Positions 56,068 to 64,000 of a stretch of 64,000 bases of DNA are shown in pieces. The first letter of the stretch is position 1; every line of letters starts with the position of its first letter. Source of the stretch: Minisyncoccota bacterium (GTDB lineage: Bacteria; Patescibacteriota; Minisyncoccia; Phycocordibacterales; UBA9973). The translations under genes and the position numbers were made by a program. The stretch spans positions 4,529 through 68,528 of the forward strand of contig JBAYHY010000003.1 of NCBI GenBank assembly GCA_041665885.1. Reading direction: 5' to 3'. A model generated the notes under the pieces. It made no database searches. It was not told the origin of the DNA and was given only the letters and a program-made list of their open reading frames with translations.

Positions 56068-56145
56068 CTCGACTCGTAAAAAACTCTATTTATTCAATAG
56101 AGTTTTTTCATTCACATTTAATCCTTTTTGTGCTATTATCACCCC

Positions 56146-58065
56146 ATGGATTTTAATTTTCTTAATCAAAAAGACCCACCAGGGAAGGGCAAAAAGGCTC
56201 CGAAAAAGACAAATTTCGGGATGAATATTGCCGCTACCATAATTTTCTTCGTATTTATTACGGCGCTGTATTTAGTCGTGTCCGGTGACGGAAAAGTCAT
56301 CCCGGAGGTGGCGATTTCTGATTTAGCAAAAAGTGTTATCACCGGAGAGGTGAAGACGATAGTGGTGGAGGGTGACAATCTGACTATCACTTATCAGAAT
56401 GACGAGGTGAAGACAGCGAAGAAAGAAGTTGGCGCAGCTCTTTCCCAAACGCTTTTTAATTATGGAGTGACGGGTACGGAGTTGGCGAAGACGGAAATCC
56501 AAGTTAAAGAAGATACCGGCTTTATGTTTTGGCTTGTGAATATTTTACCATTCCTTTTACCGATAGTTTTTATTTTAATTTTCTTCTGGTATTTGTCGCG
56601 ACAAGTAAAAGGCGCAGGCATGCAGGCTTTCACCTTCGGCCAGTCTAAAGCGCGGATTACCGACCCGAACGACAAGAACAATCGTGTCACCTTCAAAGAC
56701 GTCGCAGGGTGTAAAGAGGCGAAAGAAGAGCTGAAGGAAATCGTGGATTTCCTCAAAAGCCCGAAAAAGTTTCTGGACATCGGGGCTAGAATTCCAAAAG
56801 GAGTGATGTTGACTGGGGCGCCAGGAACGGGGAAAACTCTGCTTGCCAGAGCAGTAGCAGGGGAGGCGGTTGTACCGTTTTTTCACTTATCCGGCTCGGA
56901 ATTCGTGGAAATGTTCGTTGGAGTAGGAGCTTCTAGGGTAAGAGATTTGTTCAAAATGGCTAAAAAGGCGGCTCCGGCCATTATATTTGTGGATGAAATA
57001 GACGCGATAGGGCGTACTCGGGGAGGTGGGTTCGGTGGCGGAAATGACGAAAGGGAACAAACCTTAAATCAAATTTTAGTAGAGATGGATGGTTTTGAGC
57101 CGAATGATAAGGTAATCGTGATGGCGGCAACAAACAGACCGGACGTACTCGATCCTGCGCTCATTCGTCCGGGACGTTTTGATAGAAAAGTAATTCTTGA
57201 TTTGCCGGACCGCGCAGACCGCGAAGAGATTTTGAAAATTCACGCAGTACGCAAACCACTCGCTGAAGATATCAATTTAAAGTTAGTGGCTGAACGTACT
57301 CCAGGTTTTTCTGGAGCAGATTTGTATTCTCTCATGAATGAAGGTGCGATCTTGGCGGCTAGGGAAAATCGCAAAAAAGTTTTTCAATTTGATTTAATCC
57401 GCGCGATTGAAAAAGTGATGTTGGGACCCGAGAGAAAAAGTCATTTGCTTTCTAAAAAAGAAAAAGAAATTACCGCATACCACGAAGCCGGACATGCCAT
57501 CGTCGCTTCTGTGCTTCCTTATGCCGATCCGGTGCACAAAGTTTCTATCATTGCGCGCGGAAATGCGGGTGGCTATACTTTGAAATTACCACTTGAAGAA
57601 AAACGTTTGCAGTCTAAAAAAGAATTCATCGATGACATCGCAATGTCGCTCGGCGGATATGTGGCGGAGAAAACTATTTTCGGTGATATCACGACAGGAC
57701 CATCGAGTGACCTACAGATGGCTACGAGTTTGGCGCGAGCAATGGTGACGAGGTGGGGAATGTCGGACGTAATCGGGCCGATTGCTCTTGTGGATTCCGG
57801 GGGCAGACCACAATTTGGAGAAATCTCGGAGAGAGAGTTTTCGGAAACTGTTTCTACGAAGGTGGACGCGGAAGTTTCCAGAATTATTAATGATGGATTG
57901 AAATCTGCAGAAAAAGTTTTGACGGAAAACAAGAAAGCGTTTGTGGCTATCGCCCAAAAATTGATAGAGGTAGAAACAATAGAGCAGGAAGATTATGAAA
58001 AAATATTGACAGCCCATGGTATTGTGTTAAAAAAGAAAGAAATTACTGCTCCAGTTGAAGTATAA
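56146..58065 (+). CDS. ftsH: ATP-dependent zinc metalloprotease FtsH
   Basis: [37 protein letters not shown]; start at ATG 56146. Confidence 0.98.
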   Translation: MDFNFLNQKDPPGKGKKAPKKTNFGMNIAATIIFFVFITALYLVVSGDGKVIPEVAISDLAKSVITGEVKTIVVEGDNLTITYQNDEVKTAKKEVGAALSQTLFNYGVTGTELAKTEIQVKEDTGFMFWLVNILPFLLPIVFILIFFWYLSRQVKGAGMQAFTFGQSKARITDPNDKNNRVTFKDVAGCKEAKEELKEIVDFLKSPKKFLDIGARIPKGVMLTGAPGTGKTLLARAVAGEAVVPFFHLSGSEFVEMFVGVGASRVRDLFKMAKKAAPAIIFVDEIDAIGRTRGGGFGGGNDEREQTLNQILVEMDGFEPNDKVIVMAATNRPDVLDPALIRPGRFDRKVILDLPDRADREEILKIHAVRKPLAEDINLKLVAERTPGFSGADLYSLMNEGAILAARENRKKVFQFDLIRAIEKVMLGPERKSHLLSKKEKEITAYHEAGHAIVASVLPYADPVHKVSIIARGNAGGYTLKLPLEEKRLQSKKEFIDDIAMSLGGYVAEKTIFGDITTGPSSDLQMATSLARAMVTRWGMSDVIGPIALVDSGGRPQFGEISEREFSETVSTKVDAEVSRIINDGLKSAEKVLTENKKAFVAIAQKLIEVETIEQEDYEKILTAHGIVLKKKEITAPVEV

Positions 58066-58098
58066 TATGTATAATAGTTGATGTTTTTTTAACCACTT

Positions 58099-58172
58099 CC
58101 GTCCTTAGCTCAGCTGGTTAGAGCACAGAGCTTATACCTCTGGGGTCCTTGGTTCGAATCCAAGAGGACGGA
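58099..58172 (+). tRNA. tRNA-Ile(TAT)
   Basis: Acceptor CCGTCCT/AGGACGG, A73, anticodon arm CAGAG CT-TAT-AC CTCTG, GGTTCGAATCC. Confidence 0.88.
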
Positions 58173-58444
58173 CTTTTTTGAAAAACAAAACCGCAAGGTT
58201 TTGTTTTTTTGCTGTTTATTATATTAGAAATTGTATTTTTGGCTTCGTCAAGTTGATAATTTTTGAGAAAGCGTAGAAAGCGAGAAAAATTTTAATGGAA
58301 AAAAGCAAAGAAAACAACCACGAATCAAAAAATTTTTAAAATATGCCTTGTTTTATTTTTTTTATGTTGCTTAACGTATTTTTCCCGCCAAATTAACAAA
58401 AAATACTTTACTCGGAAAAATAATTTCGTGTATAATAAAGCCCC

Positions 58445-58993
58445 ATGAACACGAACGAAAAAAATTACTTCAAAGTTGCTCTAGTTTTTGTTTTATGTAT
58501 GGTGGCCCGGCTTCTCCCGTTTCGGGCACCAAACATCGAGCCAATTTTGGCGACAACAATGCCTCTCGGCAAAGTATACGGAAGGTTTATAGGTTTTTTT
58601 TTCGCCCTGTTTAGCATTTTGCTCTATGATGTATTAACCGGGACGCTTGGGCTACAAACATTTTTTACGGCGGGGGCTTATGGGATAATCGCACTTTGGT
58701 CTGTAAGTTATTTTGAAAAACATGAGGCTAATAAATGGGGTTATGTCCGCTTTGCAATTTTTGGAACTCTATTTTTTGACGCCGTTACCGGGCTTTCGGT
58801 CGGCCCGATTTTTTTTCATCAATCCTTGATAAATACTTTTGTGGGGCAAGTTCCATTCACCGCTCTTCATTTGGTGGGTAACGTGACTCTTGCCTTCCTT
58901 TTATCTCCAACGATTTATTATTTTATGATTAAAAAGAAGAAAAAAAAGAAAAACTTACTTCACATTAACACTCTTAATCATAAAATAATATAA
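58445..58993 (+). CDS. ECF-type S-component-like membrane protein, probable cobalamin uptake
   Basis: About six hydrophobic helices, PNIEP motif after TM1; co-transcribed with class II RNR and near adenosyltransferase. Confidence 0.6.
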   Translation: MNTNEKNYFKVALVFVLCMVARLLPFRAPNIEPILATTMPLGKVYGRFIGFFFALFSILLYDVLTGTLGLQTFFTAGAYGIIALWSVSYFEKHEANKWGYVRFAIFGTLFFDAVTGLSVGPIFFHQSLINTFVGQVPFTALHLVGNVTLAFLLSPTIYYFMIKKKKKKKNLLHINTLNHKII

Positions 58994-58997
58994 GGTC

Positions 58998-61292
58998 ATG
59001 AAAAAAACAAAAGAAATTTTAAAAAAAGAATTAGCAAAAATAAAATCAATCAGAAGAAGAACTGGGGAAGTCATTCCTTTTGATTTGGAAAGAATTGCAC
59101 GCGCAGTTTTTAAGGCTTTTGAAATCACGAAGGAGGGAGGGGAGCTCGAGGCGCAGGAAGTGGCAAAAAATGTCTTTCGAAATCTTTTAAAATTTCAAGC
59201 GGAATTGTTGAGCGGACGTAAGGGAGTTAAGTTTTTGCCGACAGTAGAAATGATTCAAGATTTTGTGGAAAAAGAATTGATGACCGCCGGTTTTACCAAC
59301 ACTGCGAAGGAATATATTCTTTATCGCAACAAGCGTTCGGAATTACGAGCGAACTTCGGGCCGATCCCGGAAGCGGTGAAAAAGTCAGTAGAAGAATCCA
59401 GTAAATATTTTTCCAGTTCATATTCGGAATATATTTTCTACCAGATGTATTCACGCTGGGTTCCGGAACTTGGCCGTCGTGAGACCTGGGTAGAAACGAT
59501 AGATCGCTACATGGCTTTTATGAAAGAAAATATGGGGGATAAGTTGACTAAGAGGGAGTACGAAGACGTAAAACAAGCAATCTTAAACCAAGATATTTGT
59601 CCGTCCATGAGGCTTCTCTGGGCCGCGGGCAAGGCTGCCAGGCAGTCAAATGTTTGGGCATATAATTGTTCCTACGTTGCTCCCACCACCACCCAGGACT
59701 TGGGAGAAATAATGTATATCCTTATGTGCGGGGCGGGGCTTGGTTTTGCTGTAGAATGGGAAAATGTTCAACAATTTCCTCAAATCAAGAAACAGGGGAA
59801 AGAAAAGCCGACTATTCACGTTATTGAGGATAGTAAAGAAGGATGGGCGGATGCTTATGTTTTAGGGTTGAACTACTGGTTTGATGGTAAGGACGTAAAA
59901 TTTGATTATTCAAAAATTAGACCGGCTGGAGCTCGTTTGGAAACGGCGGGAGGAAAAGCTTCCGGTCCGCAGCCACTCATAGATTTGATAGAGTTTTCTA
60001 GACGTAAAATTTTATCCAAACAGGGTCGTCGCCTTTCGAATTTGGATATGCACGACATTATTTGCCAAATCGGGATGATCGTAGTGGCCGGTGGGGTGAG
60101 GAGGAGTGCGCTTATTTCTCTCTCTGAACTTGAGGATGCGGAAATGCGCGATGCAAAAAAGGGACAATTTTATTTGACGGAGGGTCAGCGTTCCATGGCA
60201 AACAATTCAGCTGTGTATAATGTAAAACCATCAGCGGAAGAATTTTTGGATGAATGGACAGCCTTGGTGAAATCAAAATCAGGAGAACGCGGTATTTTTA
60301 ATCGCGGAGGATTGGAAAAACAATTGCCGGCTCGTCGCTGGGAAAAAATCAAAGATGAAAGACAGATCGGTTTAAATCCATGCGGAGAGATTTATTTGCG
60401 CTCCAGACAATTTTGTAATTTAACCAGTATCGTTATCCGTCCGAAGGATACGACAGCGACCCTGAAAAGGAAAATGGAATTGGCCACTCTTCTCGGAACC
60501 TATCAATCAACCCTGACTAATTTCGGTTATCTTTCAAAAAAATGGAAAGATAATTGTGAGGAAGAAAGGCTGCTCGGAGTTTCCTTGACCGGGTATTACG
60601 ACAATACAGTTATTCGAAACGATAAAGTTTTGGACACCTTGAGACTAGACGCAATCGAAACAAACAAAAAGTATGCGAAACGTTTCAATATCAATCCATC
60701 GACTGCGATTACTTGCGTAAAGCCACACGGCAATTCCGGGCAACTTCTCGGAGTGGGCTCAGGAATGCATCCTTGGTATGCGCCATATTTTATTCGCAGA
60801 GTACGAATTTCTCACACAGACACTCTGTTGCAAATGGCTAAAGACCAGGGAGTACCTTGTCTTCCGGAAGTGGGCCAGTCCGCCGAAACAGCAACTACTT
60901 TTGTTTTGGAATTTCCGGTTAAGGCGCCTGAAGGTGCGGTCTTTAAAGATGAAGTTTCTGCCCTAGATCTGATTAAAGAATGGAAGAGATTGAAGGAACA
61001 TTTTGTGGAGCACAATCCATCTGCTACGATTTATGTTGGTCCGGAGGAATGGCTAGCTGTTGGTAATTTCGTATATGAAAATTGGGATTGGATAGGAGGT
61101 CTTTCCTTCTTGCCGCGCTCCGAACACGTTTACCAACTGGCTCCGTATGAAACAATCACCAAAGAGGAATATGAAAGGCGAGTAAAAGCCATAGGTAAAA
61201 TTGATTTCTCCAAACTTTCTCAGTATGAAACCGTAGACAACACCATCGGGGCAAAGGAATTTGCTTGTGTTTCCGGGGTTTGTGAAATCTAA
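58998..61292 (+). CDS. nrdJ: Class II (adenosylcobalamin-dependent) ribonucleotide reductase with N-terminal ATP cone
   Basis: PSMR, YNCS, GGVRRSALISL, NPCGEI, CNLT, TCVKP, C-terminal CVSGVCEI. Confidence 0.92.
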   Translation: MKKTKEILKKELAKIKSIRRRTGEVIPFDLERIARAVFKAFEITKEGGELEAQEVAKNVFRNLLKFQAELLSGRKGVKFLPTVEMIQDFVEKELMTAGFTNTAKEYILYRNKRSELRANFGPIPEAVKKSVEESSKYFSSSYSEYIFYQMYSRWVPELGRRETWVETIDRYMAFMKENMGDKLTKREYEDVKQAILNQDICPSMRLLWAAGKAARQSNVWAYNCSYVAPTTTQDLGEIMYILMCGAGLGFAVEWENVQQFPQIKKQGKEKPTIHVIEDSKEGWADAYVLGLNYWFDGKDVKFDYSKIRPAGARLETAGGKASGPQPLIDLIEFSRRKILSKQGRRLSNLDMHDIICQIGMIVVAGGVRRSALISLSELEDAEMRDAKKGQFYLTEGQRSMANNSAVYNVKPSAEEFLDEWTALVKSKSGERGIFNRGGLEKQLPARRWEKIKDERQIGLNPCGEIYLRSRQFCNLTSIVIRPKDTTATLKRKMELATLLGTYQSTLTNFGYLSKKWKDNCEEERLLGVSLTGYYDNTVIRNDKVLDTLRLDAIETNKKYAKRFNINPSTAITCVKPHGNSGQLLGVGSGMHPWYAPYFIRRVRISHTDTLLQMAKDQGVPCLPEVGQSAETATTFVLEFPVKAPEGAVFKDEVSALDLIKEWKRLKEHFVEHNPSATIYVGPEEWLAVGNFVYENWDWIGGLSFLPRSEHVYQLAPYETITKEEYERRVKAIGKIDFSKLSQYETVDNTIGAKEFACVSGVCEI

Positions 61293-61293
61293 A

Positions 61294-61414
61294 TATAAAA
61301 ATTATAAATATAAACTTTTTTCCGGTACGGATTTTTTGAAGGTTAAAAAATCCTGAAGTTTGCTCGCCGCCGCTTGCAAAACCCCTGCAAAAAGTTATAT
61401 TTACAATTTTTATA
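61294..61414. repeat. Structured dispersed element (GGTAC...TGAAGTT...ACCCCT core), copy after nrdJ
   Basis: Core shared with 28084-28221; enclosed in an AT-rich inverted repeat of about 26 bp. Confidence 0.7.
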
Positions 61415-61434
61415 AATCAGAATAATATAAAGAT

Positions 61435-61992
61435 ATGCTTTATACCAGGAAGGGGGACAATGGTACTACTAAAACTTTTGGATGCGACCAGCGCATTTCC
61501 AAGAGTTCCCTGGTTGCCGAGGCTCTGGGGGCGCTCGATGAGAGCAACTCTTTTTTGGGTTTGGTTCGAGCTAAAGCACTCGGAAAAAGTTTTAAAATTG
61601 GAAGGAAGAATGTAAAATTTTCCGAGCTTATTTTGGAAATACAACAGAATTTATTTATTGTTCAGGCTGAGGTCGCCGGGGCTACCTTGTTTATTGCTTC
61701 GGAAAAAGTAAGTGAAATAGAAAAAATCGTAGATGAAATCGAAAAAGTATTACCTCCAATAAAAAGTTTTTTTATTAGTGGAGCAACGGAACTTTCTGCC
61801 ACTTTTGATTTTGCACGAACTTTGGCGAGGAGAGCAGAAAGGCGAGTGGTAGAAGCCAAAGAAGAAGGGAAAATCACCGTAAGCGACGGCACTCTCGCTT
61901 ATTTGAATCGTCTTTCAAGTTTACTTTATGCTCTGGCCAGGATATCCAATCATTTAGAAAAAGCCAAAGAGGTAAAACCGAACTACAAATAG
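61435..61992 (+). CDS. PduO-type cob(I)alamin adenosyltransferase
   Basis: LYTRKGDNGTT, GALDESNS, ARTLARRAER, YLNRLS. Confidence 0.93.
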   Translation: MLYTRKGDNGTTKTFGCDQRISKSSLVAEALGALDESNSFLGLVRAKALGKSFKIGRKNVKFSELILEIQQNLFIVQAEVAGATLFIASEKVSEIEKIVDEIEKVLPPIKSFFISGATELSATFDFARTLARRAERRVVEAKEEGKITVSDGTLAYLNRLSSLLYALARISNHLEKAKEVKPNYK

Positions 61993-61994
61993 TT

Positions 61995-64000
61995 TTATTC
62001 AAAGTGGAATTCAGATGTTTTTTGTTTTACTTTTTGTTTTAAAAATGGATATTTTGTGAGTTCCGGGTCTTCTTCGATGAGGCGAATGGCTTCGGTGCGA
62101 GCAGCTTCCACCATTTTGATATTTTTTATGGCTTCCATGCCGAGATCGGTAATACCCCATTGCTTCGTGCCGCCGAGCTCGCCGGCCCCGCGGAGAGTGA
62201 GGTCTAGCTCTGCTAATTCAAAACCATTTTTGGCTGTCTTGAGAGCTTTGAGTCGAGAAATAGTTTTTTCACTTTTGGCTTCGGCAAAAATGTAGCAATA
62301 CGCCTGGTGGGTGCTTCGGATTATTCGGCCACGAAGCTGGTGTAGTTGGGCTAGCCCGAATCTTTCGGCACCCTCAATGATGATGACGGTGGCATTCGGA
62401 ATATTTACTCCGACTTCCACTACCGAGGTGGCGCACAAAATATTTATTTTATTAGCCACAAAATCTGCCATCACTTTTTCTTTTTTTTCTTTGCTCATTT
62501 TGGAATGCAATACTCCTATTTCGTATTCAGGAAAAACTTCTTTTTTCAGACGTTTTGCTTCTGCCACCGCGGATTTAACATTTAAAGCCAGTTCTTTTTC
62601 TGGGTCTGGCTCGTTTATTCTGGGACAAATAACATAAAGCTGTCTGCCGTTTTTTAGTTCTCCTCTTATTTGTTCATAAGTTTTTCCGCGTTTATTAGGT
62701 GTGATAATTTCGGTGATTATTTGTTTGCGTCCGAGGGGCATTTCATCCAATAGAGATAAATCTAAATCCCCGTATATAGTAAGCGCGAGGGTGCGGGGGA
62801 TAGGGGTAGCCGTCATTGAGAGTAGGTGGGGGGCCACGCCGTCTTTGCGAACGAGTTTTCTCCGTTGAGATGTGCCGAAACGGTGTTGCTCGTCAATAAT
62901 GGCCAGGGCCAAGTTTTTAAACTTTACCGTTTTTTGAATTAGGGCGTGAGTCCCGATGAGAATTGGAATTTCTCCATTGGCTACCCATTTCAAAAGTTGA
63001 GCGCGAGAGATGGTGGTCCAGCTTGCCCCGCCACCGGCGGGGCCGATTGTTTTTGCCGGGAATTTACGACAACCTGAGCCCGTAATGAGTCCCACATTGA
63101 TGGGTAAATGTTTAAAATATTGGATAAAGGATTCAAAATGCTGGGTTGCTAAAATTTCTGTGGGTGCCATGTAGGCTACTTGCAAATTACCGAAATTTTG
63201 TCCATTGGGCCGTTGATTAATTGTCGCATAGGCAGCGGTAGCCGCTACGGCTGTTTTGCCGGAGCCCACATCACCTTCAAGTAATCGTGACATCGGAAAG
63301 TTTTTCGTTAGGTCTTCCAGGATTGTCTCGGTAGATTTTTTTTGCGAATTAGTTAATGAAAAAGGAAAACGTTTCAAAAAATCTTCCACGATTTGTTTGC
63401 TCGTTTTTATTTGAAAAGATTTATTTTTTCTATATTCAAATTTATCATGCTGGCGTTCAAGTTGAATACAAAAAACTTCTTCAAAAGCGAATCTTTTTCT
63501 GGCAGATTCCGCGTCGTCTTTGTTTTTTGGTTTGTGAATCCACACAAGTGCGGTCTTTAGGGTGGGCAGATGATATTTTTTTAGAATATCGTTCGGGATG
63601 TAATCCTCCATCTCGCCCAGGGTGCGGTCCTTGAATATTTTTTCTATTGCATGATAAAACCATTTTGAAGTAATCCCTCGAGTTTCGATATAAATCGGAT
63701 AGGAAAAACCGGCATTGGATATATTTTCTCCGGAAAAAAGAGTATCGTGTTTATCTATCGGCATGTTTGGCATTTTTTCAAATTCTGGGTTGGCTAAATA
63801 AATTTCATTTTTCCCTGCCGTCACTTTTCCCGTCAGTTTCACGTTTTCGCCATTTTTAATCATCTTGGCGAGGTATGCTTGATTAAACCAAGTGATTTTT
63901 ATTTTCCCCGACAAATCTTCAATTTCACCCTCAGCCATAGGAATTTTTGTATGGAAGGATTTTTTTGTTTTTAGTTTTGAAACTTTTCCATAGACTGTCG
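61995..64000 (-). CDS. recG: ATP-dependent DNA helicase RecG (N-terminus beyond window edge)
   Basis: GDVGSGKT, PTEILA.QH, DEQHRFG, MTATPIPRTL, QLHQLRGR. Confidence 0.97.
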   Translation of the reverse strand, partial: TVYGKVSKLKTKKSFHTKIPMAEGEIEDLSGKIKITWFNQAYLAKMIKNGENVKLTGKVTAGKNEIYLANPEFEKMPNMPIDKHDTLFSGENISNAGFSYPIYIETRGITSKWFYHAIEKIFKDRTLGEMEDYIPNDILKKYHLPTLKTALVWIHKPKNKDDAESARKRFAFEEVFCIQLERQHDKFEYRKNKSFQIKTSKQIVEDFLKRFPFSLTNSQKKSTETILEDLTKNFPMSRLLEGDVGSGKTAVAATAAYATINQRPNGQNFGNLQVAYMAPTEILATQHFESFIQYFKHLPINVGLITGSGCRKFPAKTIGPAGGGASWTTISRAQLLKWVANGEIPILIGTHALIQKTVKFKNLALAIIDEQHRFGTSQRRKLVRKDGVAPHLLSMTATPIPRTLALTIYGDLDLSLLDEMPLGRKQIITEIITPNKRGKTYEQIRGELKNGRQLYVICPRINEPDPEKELALNVKSAVAEAKRLKKEVFPEYEIGVLHSKMSKEKKEKVMADFVANKINILCATSVVEVGVNIPNATVIIIEGAERFGLAQLHQLRGRIIRSTHQAYCYIFAEAKSEKTISRLKALKTAKNGFELAELDLTLRGAGELGGTKQWGITDLGMEAIKNIKMVEAARTEAIRLIEEDPELTKYPFLKQKVKQKTSEFHFE

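Noticed and set aside
58175-58444. Cobalamin riboswitch upstream of the B12 module
   Set aside because: Region is AT-rich with no B12-box-like motif, and TATAAT lies 8 nt before the ATG.
1-64000. Alternative genetic code (UGA recoded to Gly)
   Set aside because: Conserved genes translate full length in code 11 and TGA ends genes normally (for example smpB and the RT).

Overview
AT-rich bacterial chromosome segment with the hallmarks of a Patescibacteria/CPR genome, most likely Parcubacteria (inference): no rpmD/L30 between rpsE and rplO, no rplA after rplK, pilus assembly genes, a stand-alone VirD4/TraD-like ATPase, and TGA used as stop. Most of the window is core translation machinery (str, S10 and spc operons, infC-rpmI-rplT, smpB-tmRNA, five tRNAs including a rare tRNA-Ile(UAU)) plus nucleotide, folate and B12 salvage genes. 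The main find is a complete diversity-generating retroelement (DGR) inserted between rplE and rpsN. Its target gene is 37048-37656; the 125-bp VR (37527-37651) differs from the TR (37989-38113) at 15 positions, all TR adenines. The TR appears to be its own highly structured transcript, avd lies on the opposite strand, and a 26-bp palindrome plus G13 tract separates avd from the RT. A diverged paralog of the target lies about 16.5 kb away (20519-21265) and shares a covarying 62-nt structured leader, the IMH-like tail and a downstream hairpin. Other notable signals: several dispersed structured repeat families, a palindrome-flanked Cas2/PaaX-like gene in the str operon, two microprotein genes inside the S10 operon, a compact 6S-like RNA, and widespread leaderless-type gene starts. 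All calls were made by eye from the sequence and the ORF track; no database searches were run.
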